Below are positions 9,757 through 19,164 of a DNA stretch of 64,000 nucleotides, piece by piece. The notes below the pieces were generated by a model, which searched no databases, was not told where the DNA came from, and saw only the letters and a program-made list of their open reading frames with translations. Position 1 is the stretch's first letter. Each line of letters begins with the position of its first letter. The DNA is from Candidatus Poribacteria bacterium (GTDB taxonomy: Bacteria; Poribacteria; WGA-4E; WGA-3G): contig CAXXUA010000005.1 in assembly GCA_963663765.2 (NCBI GenBank), positions 704,001-768,000 of the forward strand, read 5' to 3'. The translations under genes were made by a program, and so were the position numbers.

Positions 9757-10989
9757 ATGCAAAAATCCAGACTCCTCCTGCTGTTCTTAACCCTATTTTT
9801 TGTAATGCTTGGTTTTGGTATAATAATTCCAAACCTCGCTTATTACGCAGAAGATATCGGTGCAACGCCAACTAAAATCGCTCTATTGCTATCTATCTAT
9901 TCTGGCATGCAACTGCTGTTTGCACCCATCTGGGGTAGATTGTCAGACAGATATGGTAGGAAACCAGCGATTCTGTTAGGACTACTTGGGAATGCTCTTG
10001 CTTTAGCAGCTTTCGGTTTAGCAAAAGATTACACTTCGCTTTTCATAGCACGTAGTGCTGCAGGTATCGCTTCGGCAGCTGTGTTACCGAGTGTGATGGC
10101 GTATGTCGCTGATGTTACCAACACAGAGGAACGCGGCAAAGGTATGGGGTTGATGGGAGCAGCCATGGGACTCGGGTTCATCCTCGGACCAGGTATTGGT
10201 GGGATAATGGGGCGACATGATTTACCATTCTTTGTCGCAGGAGGATTGTCATTCTTAACCTTCCTCTTTGTGTTATCACTTCTACCAGAATCACTACAGA
10301 AAGATGCCGAGGCAGCACATCACGCATGGGTTTCTCCACGCCAACTAATCCAGCAAACAACATTGAAATCCCCGCTTATCCCACTTTTTCTTGTTGCCTT
10401 TTTTACCACATTCAGTTTCGCAGGAGTGGAGGCGACGTTTCCACTGTTCATCAAAAAAGGTTGGGGGTATGAACAGCAGCAGATGGGATGGATGTTTATG
10501 GTCATGGGAGTGATAGTTGTACCACTTCAAGGTGGATTTCTCGGTATGTTAATAAACAAGCTTGGAGAGCGGCGTATTATCATCACAGGGCTGTTATTGA
10601 ATGCTCTCGGTATGGTGCTTTTGCTCTATGCGTTTTCATTTTGGACGTTAACAGTGTATCTAACAATTACTGGTATCGGTAATCAATTGATACGTCCGAC
10701 AAATACATCATGGATTTCTAAACAGACCCGAATTGGGCAAGGTGCAGCTATCGGTATAATGGATGCATTCTTAAGTTTGGGACGAGTCTTAGGACCACTT
10801 CTTGGAGGTTGGTTATATGAAACATCTGTCCATCCTGGATTTGTCAAGACGATGTTCGGAGTAATTCTTGACGGTAATTTCTATGGTAATAATGCCTATT
10901 CTTATGCAGTTCTGGCAGTGATCTTGGTGATTGCAACTGTATGTCTGTATGTCCCTTTGCGGCGGGTTGAACAAGGAACATCCACATAG
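9757..10989 (+). CDS. MFS transporter, TetA/DHA1-like
   Basis: WGRLSDRYGRKP motif A, LGFILGPGIGG motif C, multiple TM helices. Confidence 0.92.
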   Translation: MQKSRLLLLFLTLFFVMLGFGIIIPNLAYYAEDIGATPTKIALLLSIYSGMQLLFAPIWGRLSDRYGRKPAILLGLLGNALALAAFGLAKDYTSLFIARSAAGIASAAVLPSVMAYVADVTNTEERGKGMGLMGAAMGLGFILGPGIGGIMGRHDLPFFVAGGLSFLTFLFVLSLLPESLQKDAEAAHHAWVSPRQLIQQTTLKSPLIPLFLVAFFTTFSFAGVEATFPLFIKKGWGYEQQQMGWMFMVMGVIVVPLQGGFLGMLINKLGERRIIITGLLLNALGMVLLLYAFSFWTLTVYLTITGIGNQLIRPTNTSWISKQTRIGQGAAIGIMDAFLSLGRVLGPLLGGWLYETSVHPGFVKTMFGVILDGNFYGNNAYSYAVLAVILVIATVCLYVPLRRVEQGTST

Positions 10990-11126
10990 GTGTCAACTTA
11001 AGAAAATATTGTTTGCATTTTCTCTTGTGGAAGGGGTTTTCAACCCCGATTTGAGCGGAAATGCACTAAAAAATCGGGGTTGAAAACCCCTCCCACAAGA
11101 GGTTAAATCCTTAAGTTGACACCTAT
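10986..11126. mobile_element. MITE family 2 (ATAGGTGTCAACTTAAG TIR, 141 bp) with GTGGGAGGGG REP doublet; followed by partial duplicate 11127-11176
   Basis: 17-bp perfect TIR; inverted copy of the same length at 39728-39868. Confidence 0.88.
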
Positions 11127-11173
11127 GGGGTTGAAAACCCCTCCCACAAGAGGTTAAATCCTTAAGTTAACAC

Positions 11174-11315
11174 CTAATGAAGTTTGACAATCAAAATCGA
11201 TAGTTGAATTCGTAGGGGTTGGGTTCCCCAACCCCTTTGGTTTTTGAGTTTGCGTAGATCATGTGTGGCAACCACGCCCCTACGAATACACAACTTGAAC
11301 GTCAAAACTCATTAG
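11174..11315. mobile_element. MITE-like shell (CTAATGAAGTTTGAC...GTCAAAACTCATTAG) with GTAGGGG REP doublet
   Basis: Imperfect 15-bp TIR; internal ttcgtagggg...cccctacgaa inverted pair. Confidence 0.7.
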
Positions 11316-11363
11316 GTTGAACAAGGAACATCCATAACGGAGCATGAAGTTCAATTTAAAACC

Positions 11364-14300
11364 TCAGTATGGACTCACACTGTTCTTGTCTGTTGACAAA
11401 GGTGGTAGATGGTGTTTCACGCGGCGTGTGTTGTATTTCAGTTGGTATTGTTGATGTTCTTTGTCATCTGGATACTGTTCAGCCTTTGGATATGGATATG
11501 CAGACATGCCGTGGAAAGGCAAAGGTTTAACCGTTTGTGATGTTAACGTGTTTATATCTCCATCTTTGTCCCACCCATCACTGTATAGGATGAAGTCCCG
11601 AATCCAACCCTGTTTGAGTGTGGGAAGTCGTGAAGCGTCAAATTCAACCGTGATTTCATCTCCAGCATTGAGAATGACATACATGTCATCAACCTTTTGC
11701 AGTAATGGATTGACATCTCCGAAACGTGTGTAAAATCCTTCAAGATCGCGCCATAGTTTGTCTTTTGTAACCTTTTGATAGTCAAATAGATGTGGTGCAT
11801 GTGAGTTTGGACGGTACATTTGAGAAAAACCACGGTAGTGTAGGTCAGCACTATCGGGATTCAACTCTGTGATTTGCATCGGTACATCCTGTTTGCCCAC
11901 AGTGAAAAATGCGGCATCCCAATATATTTGCATATATGTTTCAATCCGAACGTGTCTGTCATCAGACAAAAACTTATCTGTCAGATCAATAACAATAGTT
12001 TTGTTTTTTCCTGCGGGAATGCCAATCATATCAATGACGGTTTTCCACTTATCATCTTTGTCCTTCACTGAAACTGAAGGGAACTGCGGATTTATTCCCG
12101 GATTTTGTGATAGTGCTACATTGATACTGGTATCAGTAGGAAAAATCCAACCGTTGAGGTAAAGTATCACAGGTGCTTTGTCAGGAATATCGCCAAGATC
12201 AAGGCCAAGGACAATAGCATGCTTATCCACAACCCCTTGGTAGGGACCTGGCGCATGTTCAATAGCGTATTGATAATCCACTTTTTGTAAGGCATCAGAG
12301 ATGTCATTACCGAGATGGTCTGTTGCAGAAGTTGGGTATCGTTTTTGAGCCACTCCATATATCTTGAAATCAGCAAACGGTGGAGGAGAGTACTGTTCGT
12401 TGACGAAAATATCGGTGTCGGTAGGATGGTCAACTGCTATTAGTTTTACCATATCAAAATATGCTGTTTCCCACAGCTCCTCAGTAATCTGAATAGAATA
12501 CTTGCCGTCTTTTGGTTTCATTTGGGATGCGGATATTCGGATGAAATCCCTTGACTCATCAGGGGCAACAAACCCCATAGATGTGATCAAACCGAGTGGG
12601 GCGCGCCACAGTAGGTCGGTGACAAATTGGTAGTTTTCTCCGTCATAGACATATAGAAACGGACATGACCCTTTCAGTATCTGTTTCTCCTGAATACGTT
12701 GTTTTGCCTTCGGTTCTATTACGTTCTGTGGAACACCGTTTGTCCACACAACACGTACAACATCTGCTGAGTCATGTTGTCCTAATCCGAAATGTGCTAC
12801 CTGTTGTGATGAATACTGCAATTGATAAAGATCACTCACTTTTACCTCAAGTTTTGACCCAATTCCATTCCTATTCACTTTGTTATTGCCAGTTGTGATT
12901 CCTTCTAATTGTATCTGTATCCAGTTGTTCAGATTACCACCGTTGTTCTGGAGTGCGTGTAGTTGTCCGTTGTTGACATAGAATAGGTCTAAATCCCCGT
13001 CGTTGTCGTAATCCGCAACGGCACCTGCTGTGCCGTTTTTCATCTGTGCATCAATTTTTATGATCTCACTGGTATCCGAGAATCTTCCCGTACCGTCGTT
13101 ACGAAATAGGTATAATCCTTGTTTGTTGATGATGATTATGTCCAAAAATCCATCATTATCATAGTCAAAAATTTTTAATATCGTGGAGGAGTCGTAACCT
13201 CTGCTTTCAAGCTGCTCGCTTGAACGTGTGTCGGGGAGAAAAGTACCGTCACCCCTATTACGGAATAGGTCTATACCGGATGCTGTGGCAAAAATCAGGT
13301 CTATGTTGCTATCATTGTCATAATCCGCTGAAGCAACTGCAGAATAGGGTATCCTTTGATAGATTCCTGTTTCGGTTGTCATCGCACGTAGTTTCCCTTG
13401 ACGTAGGTTATCGTATAATGTGCATCCTGTTCCCTTATGTATTGCCAATATATCAATATCACCGTCATCGTCAAAGTCCGCAGCGATAGCATCTTTGTGG
13501 GGCTGCTGAGACTGCAGGTTTTCCTTTTTCAACACAAAAGTTTGTTCGGTTACATCAAGGAAGGTGCCATCTCCGTTATTGCGATACATTGACATGCCAG
13601 ATTGTCCAGAAAAAAGATCAAGGTCACCATCGTGGTCATAATCAATAGGCAGCATGAAAGAAGTATCATCCGTTGGTTGTTCATGTTGAATTAGGGTAGT
13701 TGCTACCCATTGCTGGTTAGCATCTGTGCAGAGATAAGTAATTCCGTTTTGCGTCTGTATAATGAAATCTTGTGTGCCATTTTTGTCCAAATCCGCAAAG
13801 GCAACGGTGTGTGGTATTGCAAAAAGTTGCCTTGCTTTCTCCTGAAAACTCTTGACTGGTGTGTACTTTCCATCATCATGTTCAAGGAGTATCCCCGTTG
13901 TTGTAAAAATGTCAACGTTACCGTCATTGTTGTAGTCAAGTAATGAAACGGTCATATTATCTACTGAGGCACTTCGTATATCAGATAGACCGAGTTGTTC
14001 GGTGCTGTCTATAAATTCTACGTCAATTGGTGGGGTGTGTTTTGCGTTTAAACGTGCTTTGAATCCGTGCCGAAACGCTTCTATCGGATGTCCAAGTATA
14101 TCGGTCACCAGTTCACCGATTCCTTGTTGATAACGTGGACTTGCGCGATGCAAGTTCTCAAATATGCGTATATTTCGCGAGGCAATATTAAGATCATTTT
14201 GCTTTATAGCGTGAATTCCTTGTGTGAGATACGCTAACTTTTCTGGGTCGGTATCTCCTAATAGAATCGTTAGTTCCTGACAATGTTTTTCTGCTGTTTG

Positions 14301-14891
14301 AAGTTGTCCTTGACCAAGTAAAGCTTGTGCTAACTTCAATAGGATTACGATGTTTACGGGTGAACGGCTATAGAGTGCTTGTAAGTGTTGAACTGCTTGC
14401 TGTTGTGCGTCTGTATTGTTCCGTTGTCCGAGGTAGTGGCGGACGAGTTTGTATCGGAATTCCAAGTTGTCGGGTGATAGCCGTACTGCCTCCTTCATTG
14501 CTTCTACCGCTTGTTCGGTTTGCCCTTTTAGCAGATATACCTCAGACATTATGAAATGCAGCTGACTGTTCATGGGTGCGACATTTATGCCGCGCTTTAC
14601 CCATTCTTCAGCGGTGTCCGCTTGCTGTAATCGAATGTGTGCTACGGTAATGTTGCCGTAACCAATTGCCTCATCAGGAAGTAGATCAACAAGTGCAGTA
14701 AATTCTGTGAGTGCTTTTATGGGTTGTGATTCTTCAAGGTATGCTAATCCCAAGTTTTGATGCCGAATTGCTTCTCTGATAGTTATATCAGTGTCTGTTT
14801 CTTGTGTGATTGCATTAAGCAGAATGAAGAAAAAAAACGTGAATATGAGGAGATACAAGCAGTTTTTGGGTTGGAATAAACGGGAAAGCAT
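11364..14891 (-). CDS. Secreted TPR + FG-GAP/VCBS repeat + ASPIC/UnbV (CRTAC1-like) protein with C-terminal GSCPFLY domain
   Basis: Signal-like N-terminus, TPR helices, repeated D(Y/F)DxDGxxD Ca-binding loops, N..GIG.KLEV...AHFGLG ASPIC motif. Confidence 0.88.
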   Translation of the reverse strand: MLSRLFQPKNCLYLLIFTFFFFILLNAITQETDTDITIREAIRHQNLGLAYLEESQPIKALTEFTALVDLLPDEAIGYGNITVAHIRLQQADTAEEWVKRGINVAPMNSQLHFIMSEVYLLKGQTEQAVEAMKEAVRLSPDNLEFRYKLVRHYLGQRNNTDAQQQAVQHLQALYSRSPVNIVILLKLAQALLGQGQLQTAEKHCQELTILLGDTDPEKLAYLTQGIHAIKQNDLNIASRNIRIFENLHRASPRYQQGIGELVTDILGHPIEAFRHGFKARLNAKHTPPIDVEFIDSTEQLGLSDIRSASVDNMTVSLLDYNNDGNVDIFTTTGILLEHDDGKYTPVKSFQEKARQLFAIPHTVAFADLDKNGTQDFIIQTQNGITYLCTDANQQWVATTLIQHEQPTDDTSFMLPIDYDHDGDLDLFSGQSGMSMYRNNGDGTFLDVTEQTFVLKKENLQSQQPHKDAIAADFDDDGDIDILAIHKGTGCTLYDNLRQGKLRAMTTETGIYQRIPYSAVASADYDNDSNIDLIFATASGIDLFRNRGDGTFLPDTRSSEQLESRGYDSSTILKIFDYDNDGFLDIIIINKQGLYLFRNDGTGRFSDTSEIIKIDAQMKNGTAGAVADYDNDGDLDLFYVNNGQLHALQNNGGNLNNWIQIQLEGITTGNNKVNRNGIGSKLEVKVSDLYQLQYSSQQVAHFGLGQHDSADVVRVVWTNGVPQNVIEPKAKQRIQEKQILKGSCPFLYVYDGENYQFVTDLLWRAPLGLITSMGFVAPDESRDFIRISASQMKPKDGKYSIQITEELWETAYFDMVKLIAVDHPTDTDIFVNEQYSPPPFADFKIYGVAQKRYPTSATDHLGNDISDALQKVDYQYAIEHAPGPYQGVVDKHAIVLGLDLGDIPDKAPVILYLNGWIFPTDTSINVALSQNPGINPQFPSVSVKDKDDKWKTVIDMIGIPAGKNKTIVIDLTDKFLSDDRHVRIETYMQIYWDAAFFTVGKQDVPMQITELNPDSADLHYRGFSQMYRPNSHAPHLFDYQKVTKDKLWRDLEGFYTRFGDVNPLLQKVDDMYVILNAGDEITVEFDASRLPTLKQGWIRDFILYSDGWDKDGDINTLTSQTVKPLPFHGMSAYPYPKAEQYPDDKEHQQYQLKYNTRRVKHHLPPLSTDKNSVSPY

Positions 14892-14897
14892 TGATGC

Positions 14898-15158
14898 TTA
14901 TGCCTCTGGTTCTTTAAAGGATTCAGCGGATTTCAGAATGGCTTGTTTGAGTGCTTTTAGTCGAACTCCCAGTGAATCTTCCACTTGTTTTAGATGGAGC
15001 AGCCACGATTCTTTGGAGTCACCTTCTTCAGTACCAAAACTGTTTGTCATTGACAGTCGGAGGTATTTTAGACGTTCCGATTGCAAAATTTTCATTTGGT
15101 CATCGTAGTCTTCAATGCCTGATTCTAACAGGGTTGCGAGTTCTCGTATCTGTTCCAT
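14898..15158 (-). CDS. Hypothetical helical protein (86 aa)
   Basis: ORF with AGGA RBS, stop 6 bp before the next co-oriented gene, coiled-coil-like composition. Confidence 0.7.
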   Translation of the reverse strand: MEQIRELATLLESGIEDYDDQMKILQSERLKYLRLSMTNSFGTEEGDSKESWLLHLKQVEDSLGVRLKALKQAILKSAESFKEPEA

Positions 15159-15259
15159 AGTGTAATCCTAATTCTGGTAATTACTGTTTTTGTCACGACC
15201 AAGAGGTTGCTCCTACCAATAATGTCTTAAAAAGTTTCTATAGTTCAGTTTAGTTTTAG

Positions 15260-15297
15260 GTTCTTGTAGGAGGTTTGTGATGTCCTCCTACAAGAAC
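15260..15297. terminator. Hairpin downstream of the 15316-15909 gene (terminator-like, GTAG-containing)
   Basis: gttcttgtaggagg-tttgtgatgt-cctcctacaagaac, 14-bp perfect stem. Confidence 0.55.
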
Positions 15298-15315
15298 TTG
15301 TGACAGAGTTGTCGT

Positions 15316-15909
15316 TTATTTTTGACTTTTTAATGAGCCCCATGTGGTAGTGATTTTTCCGTTCGGTTCAACAGGTGTTGGCGGATCACCGATTGTTTTT
15401 CGGAAATAAACATCATCGGCAACATCGTTGGGACCTGCCCAAATCCAGAATGCGCTTGAATCCGGATCTGTCAGGGATGCACTTGCTCCAGTGCCCCAGG
15501 CACCTTGGCCGAATGGGGCGAGTTCGATCGCGTTTTCCCAACCACTATCGTCAAAATTAATAGTTTCCCATCCGTCGTCTCGATCTGCAATTAGCACGCC
15601 AGCATTTGACTTCCATGTGTCATCTGATGGTATATAGGTACCGTCGTCAAGAATGACATCAATCAGTGCACCGCCGATCCCTGTTGCACCGGGTTCCAAG
15701 TCGTGGACATAAACTGCAATGACAGCATAACCATCGGGCATCTCAAATTCTGTGACGGAGGCGTTCTGCCAATTATCTCCCGTAGCAACCTGTTCACCGT
15801 TGATGAATCCGACCCAAGAGTTATCGCCATTAATACGAAGTTTTGCTGCCCATAGCGTTGATGCGGTGAGACATAAGACAAAAATTGCGAAAACCAAAGA
15901 TTTTTTCAT
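15316..15909 (-). CDS. Secreted jelly-roll/lectin-like protein with C-terminal PVEPNGKITTTWGSLK tail
   Basis: Signal peptide; GDN....FING, W....FDDSGW..A and A.WIW.....VYFRKT galactose-binding-like motifs. Confidence 0.8.
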   Translation of the reverse strand: MKKSLVFAIFVLCLTASTLWAAKLRINGDNSWVGFINGEQVATGDNWQNASVTEFEMPDGYAVIAVYVHDLEPGATGIGGALIDVILDDGTYIPSDDTWKSNAGVLIADRDDGWETINFDDSGWENAIELAPFGQGAWGTGASASLTDPDSSAFWIWAGPNDVADDVYFRKTIGDPPTPVEPNGKITTTWGSLKSQK

Positions 15910-15975
15910 GTTATTCTCCTTATTTATAAATATAATAGATAATGTAGTAGGTTACATTGCCTACCACTTAGAAAA

Positions 15976-16611
15976 TTATTGAATGTTTCTTTTGATACTT
16001 GCCCACGAAGTCGTGAGCTTACCTTTTGGTTCAACCGGATATTGACCGATAGTATAGCGGAAGTAGATATCGTCTTCCACGTTGTTTGGACCACACCAGA
16101 CCCAATTTGCTGTACAATCTGGATTATTAAAAACTGTTTTCATATTATCTGTGCCACCTGCCCAAGCACCACCACCAAATTTTTGATAAAGTTGGAGTTC
16201 GGTCTCCCAATCACTATCATCGAAATCAATTTTTTCCCAACCATCGTTTCGATCAGCAAGAAGTATGCCAGAATCACATCGCCAACCGTCTTCGCCAGTG
16301 GCGATGTAGTTAGGTTCGTCATCAAGCACGATATCAGCGAGGAAACCACCAACACCTTGACCGCCAGGTTCGGCATCATGAACATAAACTGCGATCACCG
16401 CAAAACCGTTGTCCAGAGTGAACTCGCTTGCAGTGGGTTGATCCCAGTGAATATGTTCCGCTACCTTTTCTCCGTTTACGTAAGCGACCCAAGTGTTATC
16501 TCCGCTAATACGCAATGTTCCTTTTTTCGGTTCGGCGTTTGAGTTATGTATGAGAATTAAGCTACATAATAAAAATATGGCAGTTAAACATGCCATTATA
16601 CGAGTGTTCAT
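15976..16611 (-). CDS. Secreted jelly-roll/lectin-like paralog with C-terminal PVEPKGKLTTSWASIK tail
   Basis: Clear paralog of the previous gene (AVIAVYVHD.EPG..G.GG); ATG 16611 after GGAGG. Confidence 0.8.
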   Translation of the reverse strand: MNTRIMACLTAIFLLCSLILIHNSNAEPKKGTLRISGDNTWVAYVNGEKVAEHIHWDQPTASEFTLDNGFAVIAVYVHDAEPGGQGVGGFLADIVLDDEPNYIATGEDGWRCDSGILLADRNDGWEKIDFDDSDWETELQLYQKFGGGAWAGGTDNMKTVFNNPDCTANWVWCGPNNVEDDIYFRYTIGQYPVEPKGKLTTSWASIKRNIQ

Positions 16612-16762
16612 AAATACCTCCATTTTATTTACTTAAGGGGACAATTCAAGATAGTCCACCGATTTATATTGTATATGGATATACGTTTGATTTCATCTTC
16701 AAGATAAAGCAACGGTTTTGTAGTGAGAAAGCCGTTGCTAATTTAACAATTCAGTTTTAAAT

Positions 16763-16884
16763 CAGGACTTACGAAAAAAAGGTAGGCGTGCTTTGTAAGC
16801 GCGCTGGAAACCCATAAAAACGCTGATAATTGCATCATTTTCATCATAATTCTTGATTATATCAAGAAAACTGCGTAAGTCCTG
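16763..16884. mobile_element. MITE family 3 (CAGGACTTACG(C)A TIR, 122 bp), empty allele
   Basis: TIR caggacttacg/cgtaagtcctg; carries ggtaggcgtgctttgtaagcgcgc REP; TSD imperfect here. Confidence 0.85.
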
Positions 16885-17661
16885 TTAAAATAGTGATGGA
16901 AAGTGTCTATATGGGTCCGCTGGTTCACGGAACAGAATTTTTTGTCGTTCAGTTAATTCTATATCCTTTGGTTGTGCGACACGTCTCGAAGTCCACGCCA
17001 CGTGTGAAACACAGTATTTATATAATAGTGAACGCCTCTGATGTCTTCCGTTCCATGCGGCAGTACCGTGTGTGAGTGCTTCACTGAATAGGATTGCAGA
17101 ACCTGCTGCTGCATTTGGGATGATGACACATGGTGCTTTTTCGGGTGCGGCAGCTATCTCCTGTGGGAGTTTGTAATTGCTTTTGTGGCTACCCGGAATA
17201 CAGCAAAATCCTCCGTGTTCTGGTCCTGTATCAGCGAGGTTCCATGCTACGACGACAAATCCGTTGTGTATTTCGTTATCTCTAAAAGGGAAATACTCCC
17301 CGGGCTGTGCTTTTGATGTCGGTGATGTTGCACCGTAGTCTGCGTGTAGTCCACCCCTTCGCATTCCGTTGCTCATATACATGCCGTAAATACGGTCAAG
17401 TCGAAAACAGTCTCCTAATCGGAAACGTAGAATATCCATGGTTTTTGGATGATCCAACAGTGAGCAAAATGATTTTCCCCATTGCAAAAAACCTGATCCG
17501 TCAGGTGCACTTCCAAATCTTTGCACTTTTCCGGGTGTAGGGAGGTTTTGTTCATCAATTCGTTCATTGAGTTCAGCTACTTCATCCGAATCTAAGACAT
17601 TTTCAACAACTAAATAACCTTGTACGTCAAAGAGGTATTGTTGTATCTGTAAGTCACTCAT
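16885..17661 (-). CDS. Phytanoyl-CoA dioxygenase (PhyH) family Fe(II)/2OG oxygenase
   Basis: FD.QGYLVV.NVL, LHAD (HxD), GGF..IPGSHK and L.HG..W....RR motifs. Confidence 0.92.
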   Translation of the reverse strand: MSDLQIQQYLFDVQGYLVVENVLDSDEVAELNERIDEQNLPTPGKVQRFGSAPDGSGFLQWGKSFCSLLDHPKTMDILRFRLGDCFRLDRIYGMYMSNGMRRGGLHADYGATSPTSKAQPGEYFPFRDNEIHNGFVVVAWNLADTGPEHGGFCCIPGSHKSNYKLPQEIAAAPEKAPCVIIPNAAAGSAILFSEALTHGTAAWNGRHQRRSLLYKYCVSHVAWTSRRVAQPKDIELTERQKILFREPADPYRHFPSLF

Positions 17662-17704
17662 AGATATGTTATCCTAATTATATAGAACTCGGAGCAGTAT
17701 TGTG

Positions 17705-18625
17705 CTAAGATTTCAACTCGTCAATATCCTTTTTATCAATATCCTTCAGTGCGATTTTTCCTGCAAGGTCTGCGACGAACTGAAATGCGACTCGTCCGGA
17801 ACGACCACTGGCGGTTGCTTCCCATTCTAACGCTGCACGATGCAATTCCTCGGTTGGCACAGAGAGTCCCTGTTTTTGTGCGTAATGTGAAACAATTTGC
17901 AAATATGTCTTCTGCGAAATCCGATAAAATGCAATGCGTAATCCGAAACGGTCACTTAGCGAAACTTTCTCCTCTGTTGCTTCACGCGGATAGAGTTCAT
18001 CTTCATCGTTCTGTGGAAACCTATTTTCACTTACCAGTCGCGGCATCAAATGGCGACGGTTTGACGTTGCATAAATCAGCACGTTCTCTGGTTGTGCGGC
18101 AATTCCTCCTTCTAACATCGCTTTCAGTTCACGATATTCAGGTTCATCTTCGTTAAAAGCGAGGTCATCACAGAAAAGCAGGTAACGTTCGGGACGTTCC
18201 CATAACACTTCTGTTATCTCATGGAGATATGCCAATCCCTCTTTTTCAATGCTGATTAGTCGTAGTCCTTCATCGGCATATCGATTCAGCATTGCCTTGA
18301 CGAGAGAAGATTTACCAGTGCCGCGGTCTCCCCACAAAAGTGCATGGTTTGCAGGTGCTTTATGCAAAAACTGGCGAGTGTTCCTATCCAGTGCCTTGAT
18401 CTGTGCGTCAATTCCAATTAAATCTGTTGTATCAACAAGATGTGGATATTTGACAGGTACGATCTGTCCTGTCCCATTTTGGGGACACCACCGAAAAGCA
18501 AAATAATCGTCAAGCACGCCATTCAGTGATTGCGTTGATGGCGTCTGCCATCGGTTTAACAGATCATCCGCTTTTTCCAGTAGTTCTCTAATGAGTTCTT
18601 CTTGATTTCGTTGTTTTTCTGTCAT
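17705..18625 (-). CDS. AAA+ ATPase, DUF815 family
   Basis: GDRGTGKSSLVKA Walker A, FCDDL, YATSNRRHL, EEKVSLSDRFGL and RSGRVA.QF; ATG 18625 preferred. Confidence 0.92.
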   Translation of the reverse strand: MTEKQRNQEELIRELLEKADDLLNRWQTPSTQSLNGVLDDYFAFRWCPQNGTGQIVPVKYPHLVDTTDLIGIDAQIKALDRNTRQFLHKAPANHALLWGDRGTGKSSLVKAMLNRYADEGLRLISIEKEGLAYLHEITEVLWERPERYLLFCDDLAFNEDEPEYRELKAMLEGGIAAQPENVLIYATSNRRHLMPRLVSENRFPQNDEDELYPREATEEKVSLSDRFGLRIAFYRISQKTYLQIVSHYAQKQGLSVPTEELHRAALEWEATASGRSGRVAFQFVADLAGKIALKDIDKKDIDELKS

Positions 18626-18687
18626 TATTGATAATTTGCAACACACAAAAATTTGAATATCGCACAAAAAATGAATTTGTTTTGTTC

Positions 18688-18870
18688 TTATTCTTCAGAT
18701 TGTTTGAAAATCCTTTTTAATCTATATTCAATTTTCGGATCACTGGTAATATCTTTTAACACCCACTTCAAACCCCATCTGATTCCCCATGCAACTCCTA
18801 AGGCAATCGTAGTTACAACTAAAAAGAAAAGGAATATTACCATCAATAGTTCAATTAGACCTGGTCCCAT
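18688..18870 (-). CDS. Small single-pass membrane protein
   Basis: AGGAG RBS, MGPGLIELL start, long hydrophobic segment and basic tail. Confidence 0.6.
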   Translation of the reverse strand: MGPGLIELLMVIFLFFLVVTTIALGVAWGIRWGLKWVLKDITSDPKIEYRLKRIFKQSEE

Positions 18871-18906
18871 AGTAAACTCCTTAATTTAAAAGTCATTTAA
18901 ACCTTA

Positions 18907-19098
18907 CAGGACTTTCGCACCCAACGGTAGGCGCGCTTTGTAGGCGGGGAATGCCAAAAGGCATTCATACCCGGGGAATGCCAAAAGGCATTCATACCGT
19001 TGATTTCTTGATTTGGCGCTGGAAACCGAAAAAATGCTGAAAATTACACCATTTTTGTCATAATTCTTCATAAAATCATGAAAACTGCGTAAGTCCTG
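18907..19098. mobile_element. MITE family 3 copy, 5-bp TSD CCTTA, carrying a 70-bp micro-element insert
   Basis: TIRs, TSD cctta on both sides; 192 bp = 122 + 27 + 43. Confidence 0.92.
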
Positions 19099-19164
19099 CC
19101 TTATAGTCGCGTCTTTCAAATAGTATAACATTCAGTTTTCTTCTCGTCAATAAAATAATTTGGT

